64,000 nt of DNA from Longimicrobiales bacterium (GCA_965248195.1 CBDFIQ010000002.1:1952001-2016000), one strand, 5' to 3'; shown: positions 17,154 through 27,946, numbered from the stretch's first letter. Numbers and translations are program-made. The notes: generated by a model not told the origin, from the sequence alone.

Positions 17154-18158
17154 TCAGGCGGCCTCGTAGGCCCCTGCGAGATGCCGCGCCAAGTACGCCT
17201 CAAGTAGGGCCTCGATGTCGTCGAGAGACGTGATCTGGAACAGCTGGGTGCGCAGTGCCCGCCCACCTGGTAGGCCCTTCGTATACCATCCGAGATGCTT
17301 CCTGAAGTCGATCAACGACTTTTTGGGATTGTCTTCGTAGCGGATCGCGTTCCTTGCCTGCTCCAGGCAAATCCCGAAACGTTCCTCGACGCTCGGCTCC
17401 GCTGGTATGGGATCGCCGTCCAGAGCGGCCCGTGCCTGAGCGAAGACCCACGGCGAGCCATGCGATCCCCTCGCGATCATCACACCGGCGCAGCCCGTCT
17501 CATCCTTCATGCGTCGGGCGTCGGCTCCGCTTTGCACGTCACCGTTACCGACTACGGGGACGTCGAGCGCTTCAACAAGAGCCGAGATCTCGTCCCAACG
17601 AGCCTGCCCACCGTACATGTCCGTTCGGGTACGGGCGTGGAGCGTCACCATGCGCGACCCAGCCGCTCGACAGCGTAGCGCGATGCCGACCGGATTACGC
17701 GACGGCTCGTCGTAGCCGCTTCGGATCTTGGTGGTCACTGGCAAATGCGTACTCCGCACTACGGACCGTATGATGCGCTCGACCAGGTCCATGTCTCGAA
17801 GGCAGCCCGATCCACCATTCCGCTTCACGATCTTCTTGACCGGACATCCGAAGTTGATATCGATGAAGTCCGGTCCGAAAACATCCGTTACGAGCGCAGA
17901 CGCTTCGCCCATCGTCTTGGGGTCCGACCCGAAAATCTGGATCCCGATCGGCCGTTCGTCCTCGCTGAACCGGAGTTGCTCGCGGGTCTGCCTGTTCCCT
18001 TGCATGATGCCATCGGCGCTCACGAACTCCGTGGATACGACGTCGGCACCAAACCGCCGGCAAAGCCGTCGGAACGGAGCTTCGCTCACACCCGCCTGGG
18101 GCGCGAGGAAGAGCGGCGTTCGGCCGCTCGCCATCAACTCGAAAACGTCGATTTCCAT
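17154..18158 (-). CDS. dusB: tRNA-dihydrouridine synthase B
   Basis: LAPQAGVS, IQIFGSDP, IDINFGCP, KIRSG, HART, GNGDV and VMIARG motifs; start reassigned to MEIDVF. Confidence 0.92.
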   Translation of the reverse strand: MEIDVFELMASGRTPLFLAPQAGVSEAPFRRLCRRFGADVVSTEFVSADGIMQGNRQTREQLRFSEDERPIGIQIFGSDPKTMGEASALVTDVFGPDFIDINFGCPVKKIVKRNGGSGCLRDMDLVERIIRSVVRSTHLPVTTKIRSGYDEPSRNPVGIALRCRAAGSRMVTLHARTRTDMYGGQARWDEISALVEALDVPVVGNGDVQSGADARRMKDETGCAGVMIARGSHGSPWVFAQARAALDGDPIPAEPSVEERFGICLEQARNAIRYEDNPKKSLIDFRKHLGWYTKGLPGGRALRTQLFQITSLDDIEALLEAYLARHLAGAYEAA

Positions 18159-18303
18159 ACGGAGAAAGGTAGGGTCCGGCGGAACACCGGTGAAGGGCCA
18201 CGCCTTTGACAGTCTTTGGTGCCTTGAAGATATTCCACGGTTATTACTCACGGAACTTGCGGACCTTGAACCCACGGAGGGGCGCCCCTTCGGAGGCGCA
18301 CAT

Positions 18304-18756
18304 ATGAAGCTCATAGAACTGTTCACGGCCGATGTCGTGAACCTCAACCTCACATCGGATTCGAAAGACGAGACGGTCAAGCAACTGGTCTCTCTTCTCA
18401 AGCTCGACGAAAAGGCGAAAGGAATCCTCTACAAAACCCTCAAACGCCGAGAGAACCTCGGATCGACGGGAATCGGCCGTGGCATCGCGATTCCCCACTG
18501 TCGGTCCCTCGTGGTGAATCGGCTTCAGCTCGCCTATGGGAGGAAGCCGGGAGGGGTCGAATTCAAGGCCATCGACGACGAACCGGTATACAATTTCTTC
18601 CTCATCGTGGCACCGCCGCTCGAGGTCTCCAATCAATACCTTCCGATCCTCGGCAAGATCGCCCAGTTCGCGAAGGAGGATGACGTGCCGGATCTGCTGG
18701 CTGGTCTAGAGGGTCCCGAAGACTTTCTGAAGTTGTTGGAGGAGAGGGCCACTTAA
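18304..18756 (+). CDS. ptsN: PTS EIIA (Ntr/fructose-type) protein
   Basis: RRENLGSTGIGRGIAIPHCR phospho-His motif; start at MKLIELF. Confidence 0.85.
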   Translation: MKLIELFTADVVNLNLTSDSKDETVKQLVSLLKLDEKAKGILYKTLKRRENLGSTGIGRGIAIPHCRSLVVNRLQLAYGRKPGGVEFKAIDDEPVYNFFLIVAPPLEVSNQYLPILGKIAQFAKEDDVPDLLAGLEGPEDFLKLLEERAT

Positions 18757-18786
18757 GAGTTGACACAACGCTGGCCCCAGTACCGG

Positions 18787-19233
18787 CTACTTCGCCACGT
18801 ACATCCGCATCACGGCCGTAACGCCATTCACGGTCAGCTGCACGAAGTAAATCCCGGACGCCACCTCCCGACCGGACTGATCGAGCCCATCCCAGTACGC
18901 CTCGTACCGGCCCGGGGTCACGTATTCCAGATCGACGAGTGGAGCTCGTCCGCCCGGATGACTGAGCGCGATCGGGGAGGCGACGAACTGCTGGAGAACG
19001 TTGTAGATGCGGACGGATACAACGGCCGTCGCCCCATCAGTGAACAGGACTTCGAGGAGATCGAAGGGAATCCTGGTCTCGGGATTGAACGGGTTAGGAT
19101 AGTTCTGCCCAAGTGTAAAACCGCTTTCTTGCTCCCCCGCCGGACCTGCATCTCCCGGCGGCCCCTGGGCCGAAATCCCCGGCGCAAGGCCGAAGAGCAC
19201 AGAAAGCAGGAAGACGCTCAGTATGCGTCTCAT
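18787..19233 (-). CDS. Secreted protein consisting of a FlgD-Ig / T9SS C-terminal-domain-like module
   Basis: Signal peptide; LGQNYPNPFNPETRI...WDG.D..G..VASGIYFVQL. Confidence 0.8.
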   Translation of the reverse strand: MRRILSVFLLSVLFGLAPGISAQGPPGDAGPAGEQESGFTLGQNYPNPFNPETRIPFDLLEVLFTDGATAVVSVRIYNVLQQFVASPIALSHPGGRAPLVDLEYVTPGRYEAYWDGLDQSGREVASGIYFVQLTVNGVTAVMRMYVAK

Positions 19234-19389
19234 GCTATTTCCGCCTATCCGGTAGCTGTTGGACTAATCGCCCTCCATGGTAGTTGCCACTCGCGGCCGA
19301 CACGATACCCCACAATATCACGCGAAAACATCGCAAAGAACGCGGTCCTCCATGTTCCGCTGGGCCTGCTTTCTTAGGACTCCGTTGGA

Positions 19390-21306
19390 CTAATTTGGTT
19401 CCCTCCTGGCTACATTTCTCCCATCCGGGCCCCGTGTCGTGAGGCCGGTCCGATCGAAATGACTCAGAATCGGGATCAAATGCTTGCGGGTCACGGGAAG
19501 CAGTTCGCGGAAGTCGGAGGGGCCCAGTCCGGTCGCACCGGCGAGCTCCTTCGCGACCCGCTCGGCCGCTGCGGAAAATCCCTCGGCGTCCATGAAAAGC
19601 TCCTTCTCCAACGCCACCAGGTGACCCCGAAGCTCCAATAGCTTCAAGAGGGGCCAGAGATCGTCACGCTCCCGTAATGTCACCGGTAATTCCGAGACCG
19701 TTGGAGCGGCTAACCCGGATTTGCGGTAGAGATCGAGCAACTCCTCCATGGCTTCTCGCTGCCGGTCGGTAACGATGGGTTCATATCCCGGCCGCGACAC
19801 CGCACTGTCCCGAACCTCTAGGGATCCGGACGTGACCGCTTCGCTCAGGAGCATGTCGGCGAGCCGCCCTTCATCGTGGGTCGGTACTGTCTGGCGCAAT
19901 AACTCCACCGTGATGCCGGCCCGAAGCGGCTCGTCCCGATGGAACGCGTCGACGGCGGCATCCATAAGCGTTCGGGCCGCGTCGACGATCGACCCGTCGA
20001 ATAGCCGACCGCCAGCTTCGCGAGCCCCTTCCTCGACGAGGGCGATTCTCGCCGACCGGCCCTCCTCGGGGGGAAGGCCCGTGCGTACCGGGAGTTCGTC
20101 CACGGCGATCCCTTTCCACGAAGCCAACCGAAGGACGGCCCCGAGGGCCGCCTCGGCATCGCCATGGATGATCGTTTCCAACTCCGAGGCCTCGCCGGCA
20201 CCGAGCTTCTTCCGTTTGGATGGGAGAGCCTCGGCAACGACGCCCCCCCCAATCGTGGTCACAGGGGAGTAAGACCGGATCACGAACCGGTCCCTCGTGC
20301 GTCCCAACAGAGGCCGCTCCAGGCGAAGTTGGACCCACCCCTCCTCTCCCGGAGGAACCTCGGTCCCCTCCAGCGTGACCACGCGAGCCATGACCTCCGT
20401 AGTGCCGAGGTGAACCCGGACCCGCTGGCCGTGCTTGACCGTCCACCCTGTCCCCTGAACGACTCGAAGCAGTGCTGTGAGCATTCCAGTCGCCCGCCAA
20501 GCGCCCTCGGCCACCAGGACCTGACCCCGCTCGGCGCTATCGAGATCGATTTCCCCGCCGGTGATCGCCACCGCTGTACGCTCCCCCGCCCCGGCATGGT
20601 CTACCGCGACGCCGTGCACCTGGAGACCCCGCACTCGCCCATGGCCGCCGGAGGGCTGCAGGACCACGGCGTCACCGAGGGAGAGGCGCCCACTCCAGAG
20701 GGTCCCTGTGACCACGGTACCCGTCCCCCTGACCGTGAAGGCCCGGTCGATTGGCAGCCGAACAAGATCTTCACTGGACCGTTTTTCCGCCCCCTCGGCC
20801 ACCTCCACCAATCGGTCCTTGAGCGTCTCGATCCCGGCGCCGGTGACCGTCGACGTGACCACCACGGGCGCTGCGCTAAAGGGCGACTCCTGAAGGGCCT
20901 CTCGCACCTCCTCTTCGACCAGGGGGAGCCACTCCTCTTGCACGAGGTCGGACTTGGTCAGCGCCACGACCATCTGCTCGACGCCGAGCAAGCGGACGAT
21001 CTCCAGGTGCTCCCGGGTCTGCGGCATCATTCCCTCATCGGCCGCCACCACCATCAGGACCAGGTCCATACCGGTGGCGCCGGCGAGCATGTTGCGAATG
21101 AAGCCCTCGTGGCCCGGGACGTCCACCACGCCCATCCGAAGGTCGTCCCTGGGAGCGAAGTCTGCGAATCCGAGCTCGATCGTGATGCCGCGGGCCTTCT
21201 CCTCACGCAGGCGATCTGTATCCACACCGGTCAGTAACTTCACGAGCGCGGTTTTTCCGTGATCGATATGGCCGGCAGTACCGAGGATCAGGCGCTTCTC
21301 GGTCAC
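19390..21306 (-). CDS. selB: Selenocysteine-specific elongation factor
   Basis: GTAGHIDHGKT, RGITIELGFA and DVPGHE motifs; C-terminal winged-helix TRKHLIPILSHFD. Confidence 0.95.
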   Translation of the reverse strand: MTEKRLILGTAGHIDHGKTALVKLLTGVDTDRLREEKARGITIELGFADFAPRDDLRMGVVDVPGHEGFIRNMLAGATGMDLVLMVVAADEGMMPQTREHLEIVRLLGVEQMVVALTKSDLVQEEWLPLVEEEVREALQESPFSAAPVVVTSTVTGAGIETLKDRLVEVAEGAEKRSSEDLVRLPIDRAFTVRGTGTVVTGTLWSGRLSLGDAVVLQPSGGHGRVRGLQVHGVAVDHAGAGERTAVAITGGEIDLDSAERGQVLVAEGAWRATGMLTALLRVVQGTGWTVKHGQRVRVHLGTTEVMARVVTLEGTEVPPGEEGWVQLRLERPLLGRTRDRFVIRSYSPVTTIGGGVVAEALPSKRKKLGAGEASELETIIHGDAEAALGAVLRLASWKGIAVDELPVRTGLPPEEGRSARIALVEEGAREAGGRLFDGSIVDAARTLMDAAVDAFHRDEPLRAGITVELLRQTVPTHDEGRLADMLLSEAVTSGSLEVRDSAVSRPGYEPIVTDRQREAMEELLDLYRKSGLAAPTVSELPVTLRERDDLWPLLKLLELRGHLVALEKELFMDAEGFSAAAERVAKELAGATGLGPSDFRELLPVTRKHLIPILSHFDRTGLTTRGPDGRNVARREPN

Positions 21307-22055
21307 TCGTCGAAGCCCGCTAGTGCGCCGAACACCCTGAACGCCTTGAGGGGTTTGGAGCCTGAAATGTGATACGTCACGAAATCATGCAGCAGCTGCA
21401 AATGGGCCCTTGGCTTCCCGAGCGCTTCGGGGGTCGTCCCTTGAAGTAACGCAACCAGCTGCTGCCGGGCGCCCGGGCCCACGAGCGGTCCTGAATGATC
21501 GAAAGCACAGTCGGAGCAGCGTGCACCCCCGGCAGAGAAATCGAAGCGAGACACCTCCGAGTTGCCCAGAGCCTTGCCGCAATGGACACAAAGGTCGATC
21601 TGTGGCTCGTATCCGAGTGTGGTCACGAGCAGCCACCCCTCGGCGAGCACCGCTCCGACGATCCCTGCCCGGGGCTCCGCCTCGATCCGCCGCAGCGCGT
21701 TCGTGAGGCGCTCGAATACCTGAGGGCTCGGGTCGGGCCCGGCGTTTAGGAGCACGATCTCCGCGAGCACCGAGGCCCCGGCGAACCGAAGCACGTCTCT
21801 GCCGAGTGACGCACCCGCTTCTTCGACCGCGAACTCCTTGAAGGTTTGGAGGTCGCGGGTCGGCCGTACATACGCGGTGAGCTCGCCACGGGAGAACGTG
21901 TCGATGCCGCCCTGTCCGCGCGCTCCAGCTCGGCGGATACCCTTCGCCATGACGCTGACGAGTCCCAGGTCCTTGGTATAGAGTCTGAGGACTCGACTCG
22001 TTTCACTGTAATTGAAGGACCTGAGTAGGACCGCCGGGGTGCTCACGACCGACAT
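21303..22055 (-). CDS. recO: DNA repair protein RecO
   Basis: YSETSRVLRLYTKDLG..MAKG; CxxC...CxxC zinc finger. Confidence 0.92.
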   Translation of the reverse strand: MSVVSTPAVLLRSFNYSETSRVLRLYTKDLGLVSVMAKGIRRAGARGQGGIDTFSRGELTAYVRPTRDLQTFKEFAVEEAGASLGRDVLRFAGASVLAEIVLLNAGPDPSPQVFERLTNALRRIEAEPRAGIVGAVLAEGWLLVTTLGYEPQIDLCVHCGKALGNSEVSRFDFSAGGARCSDCAFDHSGPLVGPGARQQLVALLQGTTPEALGKPRAHLQLLHDFVTYHISGSKPLKAFRVFGALAGFDE

Positions 22056-22082
22056 CTCGCCCGTACTCCTTCGACAGCCTTC

Positions 22083-23324
22083 TCAGTCGCTCTTTCGGAG
22101 AAGAGACAGAAGTGCTCCACGCCGTTCGAGGATTTCCGATCGCGTGTCGGGCTCTGCGGCCTCCGCAAGCGCATCATCGATTCGGGCCACTTCAAGGATC
22201 AGCGCCTCGCGGCCCAACCCTGGATCCGGCCCTGCAAGGGCTCGTCTACGAGGACGCACGTACGCCAAGAATCCCCCTGCAGCCAACATCACGGTGGCCA
22301 GCAGCGCGAGCCATTCGAGCGGAGGGGGACCTCGATCTTCTGTCTCGACCAGCGTGAGCACCACGTCCACCAGCTCGCTCGCTCCATAGCGGCGATAGGA
22401 GCTTCCCGGCCCGAGAGCCACGACGTCCACGGGTTCCAAACCCTCCACGCGAAGCGGCGGAAAGGGCTCCTTGACCAGGAGCTCGAACACCTCGGTTCTA
22501 CCCGGAGCGGGAATCGTCGAGTCGAGGGTCGCCAGTCGGTACCGGATCATGAGTAGGCGGTCTCCCGGAGGAAGCGGAGCGCTGACGAGCACTCTCCCCC
22601 CTTCGAACGTGACCGAATTGGGTGGCATGTCACCCTCCCCCAGCTCAGGCTCGGTGGCCCCCGGCGGGAGAGGGTAACTCCACACGACACCGCCCTCCTC
22701 GGCCACGAGGGTTCGGGTGCCCCGGTTGTCGATCGCGAAGAGGTCGGTGGCAACCCACTCGTCGCCAGCGAACTCGATGAACATGGTTCGTACCTCCACC
22801 GGGAGAGACACACCCTCCCGTGGCACCTCTTCAACCGGGAAAACCCGGACCACGTACAAGCTGTCCAGCTCTTCCAGCGCCGTGATCGCAGGTCCGAAAT
22901 ACAAAACTCCTTCAAAGTCGATCGAGGCGAAGAAGATCTCGCCCTGGATGTCGGCATCCGGCACGGCCGGGAGCAGAAATTGAAACTCACCCCCCGGCCC
23001 TACGGTGACCGTATCCACCTCTCCTGATGCCTCGGGGCTCACACGGTGGAGAATTACGGTTCCGGCATCGAGTGGCGAATCACCCTCGAATACGATCCCA
23101 TCGAGAATCGGGGGGGCCTGCTGCGCCGATGAGGCGGTTGGGCTTGCCTGCCCCAGGACAGCGGACGCCTCGCCCAGGATGACACAACCGAACACCGCCG
23201 TGAATGCGGAAAGACTACGGAGTGAAGCGGCCAAAGTCCTCGGGGGCGAGCTTGCGCAGGTGCTCCTTGAGTTCTTCGGCAGCCATCTCCGCGTCGGGCT
23301 CTCCCTCGAGTACCGGCGGGTCAC
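22083..23324 (-). CDS. Hypothetical membrane-anchored exported protein (true start probably downstream)
   Basis: Signal-like segment, beta-rich ectodomain, C-terminal TM helix and helical tail; operonic position. Confidence 0.65.
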   Translation of the reverse strand: MTRRYSRESPTRRWLPKNSRSTCASSPPRTLAASLRSLSAFTAVFGCVILGEASAVLGQASPTASSAQQAPPILDGIVFEGDSPLDAGTVILHRVSPEASGEVDTVTVGPGGEFQFLLPAVPDADIQGEIFFASIDFEGVLYFGPAITALEELDSLYVVRVFPVEEVPREGVSLPVEVRTMFIEFAGDEWVATDLFAIDNRGTRTLVAEEGGVVWSYPLPPGATEPELGEGDMPPNSVTFEGGRVLVSAPLPPGDRLLMIRYRLATLDSTIPAPGRTEVFELLVKEPFPPLRVEGLEPVDVVALGPGSSYRRYGASELVDVVLTLVETEDRGPPPLEWLALLATVMLAAGGFLAYVRPRRRALAGPDPGLGREALILEVARIDDALAEAAEPDTRSEILERRGALLSLLRKSD

Positions 23325-23790
23325 CCATCGTCGGCTCCCCTGGCAGGTCTAGGGGCGCGCGCTCCAAGAGCGCTTCATGGGCAAAGATGTCGGCTTGGAG
23401 CCGGAGCGCGACCGCAATCGAGTCCGAAGGACGCGCGTCGACCGAGATCACCTCTCCATTTCGCCGAATGATCATTTCCGCGAAGTAGGTGTTCTCTTCG
23501 ACCCGGCTGATAACGACCTTCTGAAGGGCACCCCCGAGACCACCAACAACCGAAGCAAGCAGGTCATGTGTGAGCGGCCGCGAGAACTTCATGTCGGCGA
23601 GCTCCATAGCGATGGCGCTGGCCTCTCCGGGGCCGATCCATATCGGGAGCACGCGCTCACCGTCACGCTCCTGGAGGATGACCACCGGCGTATTGGACGC
23701 ACGGTCCAATCCCAGACTCTGCACAGAAACCTGAACGAGCAAAGACTCAGTCCTCTTCAAATTCAGACGCCCACCGTTCGATAATACCAA
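23215..23790 (-). CDS. Bifunctional nuclease (DUF151) family protein; start uncertain
   Basis: LPIWIGPGEASAI, RPLTHDL and DARPSDSIAVAL motifs. Confidence 0.9.
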   Translation of the reverse strand: MVLSNGGRLNLKRTESLLVQVSVQSLGLDRASNTPVVILQERDGERVLPIWIGPGEASAIAMELADMKFSRPLTHDLLASVVGGLGGALQKVVISRVEENTYFAEMIIRRNGEVISVDARPSDSIAVALRLQADIFAHEALLERAPLDLPGEPTMGDPPVLEGEPDAEMAAEELKEHLRKLAPEDFGRFTP

Positions 23791-23852
23791 TACTCCGGAG
23801 TCCGGCGGGAGTTCTCCGCGGGGGAAGGCAGTCGGTGTGCCGAGTCAGGGAG

Positions 23853-25030
23853 CTAGAGCTTCAGCTCCGTGCGGATATCATTCACGCGATCGGACCTTTC
23901 CCACGGAAACAGGTCGACGCTGCGTCCCTCGCCGAGGCACCGTGATTCCGGTTTTCGCCCGAAGTGTCCGTAGGCGGCGGTCGGAAGAAAGATCGGCGTT
24001 CGCAGGTTTAGTCGGTCGATGATCGACTGGGGGCGAAAATCGAACACGTTCTCGAGCGCGCTCGCCAACTGCTCGTCGGGTAGTTCTCCGGTCCCAAAGG
24101 TATCGACGAAAATCGACACGGGCCGGCCACGCTGATTGCGTAGGCGAGCTGAATTTCACAGCGCGAGGCCACCCCGGCGTCCACGAGGTTTCGCGCCGCC
24201 CACCGCGCCGCGTAAGCCGCCGACCGGTCGACCTTCGTGGGATCCTTTCCGCTGAACGCGCCGCCGCCGTGCCGGCCCATGCCGCCGTACGTGTCGACGA
24301 TGATCTTCCGGCCGGTCAACCCAGCGTCTCCGTGCGGCCCGCCGATAACGAACTGGCCCGTTGGATTGATGTGAAACGTGCACGTGTCGGAGTCGAGGAG
24401 ATTCGAAGGGATGACGGGAAGGACGACGTCGCGAAGGACACCCTCTCGAATGGTATCGTTGTCCACATCCGGCGCGTGTTGCGTGCTGACCACCACCGTC
24501 TCGACCGACCGGGGTCGGCCGTTTTCATACGCGACGCTCACCTGTGATTTGCCGTCCGGCCGGACCCAGGGCAGCGTACCGTTACGCCTCACCTCTGCGA
24601 GCTTCCGAACAAGGGCATGGGCGTAAAAGATGGGAGCGGGCATGCGCTCGTCCGTTTCGTCGGTGGCGTAGCCGAACATCATGCCCTGGTCACCCGCACC
24701 GCCCGTATCCACACCCATGGCGATGTGCGGGGACTGTTTGTCGATGGTCGTGAGCACCTCACAGTTGGCCCCGTCGATCCCGTACTCGGCATCGTCATAA
24801 CCGATTTCGAGGAGCGTTTTCCGGACCAGAGCCGGCACGTCGACTTGGCTGGTTGATGTGATCTCCCCGGCGACCACGGCCAGGCCGGTGGTCACGAGCG
24901 TCTCACATGCCACCCGGGCGCCCGGATCGTCCATCAGCATGGCGTCGAGGACCGCGTCGGAAATTTGATCGGCGACCTTATCCGGATGGCCTTCGGTTAC
25001 GGATTCGGAGGTGAAGAGGACGTGGCTCAC
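23853..25030 (-). pseudogene. metK: S-adenosylmethionine synthetase, frameshifted near 24125 (probably a sequence error)
   Basis: [19 protein letters not shown] and GGGAFSGKD in one frame; [11 protein letters not shown]...TAAYGHFGR in another. Confidence 0.9.
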
Positions 25031-25138
25031 GGGCTGACCTGAGACCTTCTTTACGAGGACTGTGTCAAGGAGCGGGCAGCAAAGCCGCCCGCGGAACAAA
25101 AAAAGCTATTTCGTCCCGTGAAGAGGGACAAGCTCCGG

Positions 25139-26920
25139 TCAATCCAACGTCGGGAGGTTCCATCTCCCGGAGAACGCCGACAGGTCCACAGATCCGCCGA
25201 TCCCCTCCACGAGGCATTCCACCACCTCCCGGCTCGTCGGTGCAGAGACCGCGGCCTTGGCCGCACGCCGCGCGTCTTCCATGCGGAAAGAACGCACCAT
25301 CTTCTTCACCTCCGGGAGCGAGGGCCAGGCGACCGACAAGGTCGTGATGTCGAGCCCCAGCAACAGAAAGGCTCCCAACGGATTCGCGGCCATCTCACCG
25401 CATACGCTCACCTCGATACCGGCGCTCTTCGCCGCACGCGAGACCGAGCTCAACTGCTGGACGACCGCGGGGTGGAAGGGATTGAACAGCTTGGCCAGCC
25501 TCGCGCTCGTGCGATCCACGGCCAACGTGTATTGGGTGAGGTCGTTCGTGCCGATCGAGAAGAAATCGCTGTGCCGAGCCAGCTCCACCGCCTCCAAAGC
25601 CGCCGCGGGTGTTTCCACCAGGATGCCGAGCTTATACCCGGAATTGAACGGTATGCCGTCCTTACGAAGACGCTCCTCCTCCCCCTGAACCAGCTCCCGG
25701 ACCTGCCGGATCTCTTCGACGTCGTTGACCAGCGGGACCATGATCCGGATGTCCCCATGCGCGGAGGCTCGCAGGATGGCCCGCAGCTGCGTACGGAACA
25801 ACTCCGGTTCGTCCAGGCAAACGCGGATCGCACGCCATCCGAGGAAGGGATTTTCCTCCACGGGCATGTGCAGAAACATCGGAAATTTGTCGCCGCCGAG
25901 ATCGAACGTGCGCACCGTGACCACCTGTTTGGGGAACGCCTCGGCGACACTTCGATAGGCCAGGTATTGGTCTTCTTCACCCGGCATTTGATTCCGCCCC
26001 ACCACCAGAAATTCCGTTCGGAACAGGCCGACACCTTGCGCGCCGTGGAGGTAGGCCCTCTCCGCCTCTCCGGGCAAATCCAAGTTCGCGCGGAGCGCCA
26101 CGGGCTGCTCGTCAGCGGTGATCGAAGGGAGCTCGGCGATCGTCTCGAGCTCATCTTCCCAGGCGAGAATCTGGGTCTCACGTTCCCGGAACACATTGCG
26201 GTCGTGAGCGTCAGGATCCAAGACCACCCGCCCGATCCGACCGTCCACGATGGCCTCCTGCCCCGTCTTAGCCTGCTCTGACACTACGCCAATGCCGCAC
26301 ACGGTCGGAATCCCAAGGGAGCGCGCGAGCATCACCCAGTGCGCCGTTCGCGTTCCGTGATCGGCCGCGATCCCGAGGACTGAGCTCGGATCGAACTGCA
26401 CGGTGAGGCTGGGCGTCAGGTTGCGGGTGACGACGATGACGTTCTCCCCCAAGCCGGAAACGTCCGTCGGGTCCGGGAGGCCCAGGAGTTGATGCAGCAA
26501 TCTGACTTGGAGGTCCTGGAGGTCATTGAGCCGGTCGAGCACCATAGGATGGGCGGTCCGGCTCCACCTTGCCTGAATTTCGAGTAGACGCCAGTCCAAC
26601 GCGCGTGCCGCGGAGAGCCGATTTTCACGGATGTAGCGTGCAGCGCCCTCGACCAACTCCTCATCCTCCAACATGAGAAGCTGCGGCTCGAAGATTCTCG
26701 CTTCCACCACTCCGAGGCGCTCTTCGGTCGTATCCTCCAGGTCGAGAAGCCGTTTCTTCGCCCACTCGAAGACCTCCCGGAGATGCTCTTCCTCCCCCGC
26801 CACCTCCTCGGGGTCGATGGACCGGTGCGGAACGTCCGGCACACCCCAATTCAGGATGTGGACCCGACCCGCACCGATCCCCTCGGAAGCGCCAATACCG
26901 TCAAGAACCTTAGACACCAT
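25139..26920 (-). CDS. ptsI: PTS enzyme I
   Basis: GTRTAHW phospho-His, GVGLFRTEFL, NPFLGWRAIR, FSIGTNDL and CGEMA motifs. Confidence 0.96.
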   Translation of the reverse strand: MVSKVLDGIGASEGIGAGRVHILNWGVPDVPHRSIDPEEVAGEEEHLREVFEWAKKRLLDLEDTTEERLGVVEARIFEPQLLMLEDEELVEGAARYIRENRLSAARALDWRLLEIQARWSRTAHPMVLDRLNDLQDLQVRLLHQLLGLPDPTDVSGLGENVIVVTRNLTPSLTVQFDPSSVLGIAADHGTRTAHWVMLARSLGIPTVCGIGVVSEQAKTGQEAIVDGRIGRVVLDPDAHDRNVFRERETQILAWEDELETIAELPSITADEQPVALRANLDLPGEAERAYLHGAQGVGLFRTEFLVVGRNQMPGEEDQYLAYRSVAEAFPKQVVTVRTFDLGGDKFPMFLHMPVEENPFLGWRAIRVCLDEPELFRTQLRAILRASAHGDIRIMVPLVNDVEEIRQVRELVQGEEERLRKDGIPFNSGYKLGILVETPAAALEAVELARHSDFFSIGTNDLTQYTLAVDRTSARLAKLFNPFHPAVVQQLSSVSRAAKSAGIEVSVCGEMAANPLGAFLLLGLDITTLSVAWPSLPEVKKMVRSFRMEDARRAAKAAVSAPTSREVVECLVEGIGGSVDLSAFSGRWNLPTLD

Positions 26921-27197
26921 GCATCTCCTCGAACCCGCTGGCGATCAACTCCGCCAGAGCGCTAAGCGCCTCTTCCGCATCGTCACCGTTTCCGCGAATC
27001 ACCAACTGCGACCCCATTTCCGCAGCCAACATGAGCACACCCATGATGCTCTTGGCGTTCACCTCCACGCCGTCCTTGTCCAACCACAGATCGGATTGGA
27101 ACGATCCGGCCAATCGCACGAACTCCGCCGCCGGCCGGGCATGGAACCCAAGCGGATTGACGATCTCGACCCTGCGTTCGATCGTTTCGTCGGTCAT
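26910..27197 (-). CDS. ptsH: Phosphocarrier protein HPr
   Basis: GFHARPAA and NAKSIMGV motifs. Confidence 0.96.
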   Translation of the reverse strand: MTDETIERRVEIVNPLGFHARPAAEFVRLAGSFQSDLWLDKDGVEVNAKSIMGVLMLAAEMGSQLVIRGNGDDAEEALSALAELIASGFEEMHGV

Positions 27198-27946
27198 GCG
27201 TTCCCCAGGGCCGTGAGCAACGTGATGACGAGCACCACGACGAGCGTGGTGCCCCGCAGCGCACGGTGTCCAAATTTGAGCCCCAGGCCGAACCCTGCAA
27301 ATCCGGCGAACGCCCAGAGCGCCCCGGAGTCCTCAGCGGCAAGGTGGCTCACCAGGAAAACACCCGCCAAGATCCCGAGCAACACCGCACCTCCCGAAAA
27401 AGCGCGCTCGGCCAGTCGGGAAAGTTCGGCTCCCCGAAGCCGTACACCCACATCCTTGCCGTATTTGAGACCCTGACTATACGCCCACCAGCGAAGCGCC
27501 AGGTGTCCTGCGTTATACAAAATCAGGAATACACATACCGGAACCCACGGCGGGGTTCCAGCCCAAGCCAGCACCAAAGCCAGCAAAATCGTCGCGGGAC
27601 GCCACGCTCCCCAAATCAGGAGATCTCCGAGCCCCCCGAGCGAGCCCTGGATCGCCCTCTTGAACCTCTCGATCGTCTCGGTGTCCGTACCACTACCCTC
27701 CATTCGGGCTACGGCTCCTAGCGCGATCCCGACGAGATACGGGTGGGCGTTGAACGTCCCCATGTGGCTCCGAACCGCTTCATCCAGAGCGTCGCCCGAA
27801 AGCCCACGTTTACGGAGCACGGGAATCATGCAGTAGGCAAATCCGGAGCCCAACAGCGACCGAAAGTTCCAGGATGCCTGGATGATGAACTGCCTCAGAA
27901 AGCTCGACATCCAGCCTGGCGGTCTCGTCGAGTCCAAATCCGTCAC
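27194..27946 (-). CDS. Mannose/fructose/sorbose-family PTS EIID
   Basis: IQASWNF, FNAHPY and LGGLGD motifs; GTG start overlaps the EIIC stop. Confidence 0.88.
   Translation of the reverse strand: MTDLDSTRPPGWMSSFLRQFIIQASWNFRSLLGSGFAYCMIPVLRKRGLSGDALDEAVRSHMGTFNAHPYLVGIALGAVARMEGSGTDTETIERFKRAIQGSLGGLGDLLIWGAWRPATILLALVLAWAGTPPWVPVCVFLILYNAGHLALRWWAYSQGLKYGKDVGVRLRGAELSRLAERAFSGGAVLLGILAGVFLVSHLAAEDSGALWAFAGFAGFGLGLKFGHRALRGTTLVVVLVITLLTALGNA

Noticed and set aside
19390..21306. Selenoprotein genes or tRNA-Sec near selB
   Set aside because: No in-frame UGA read-through candidate or tRNA-Sec was recognised; the OsmC protein uses Cys.
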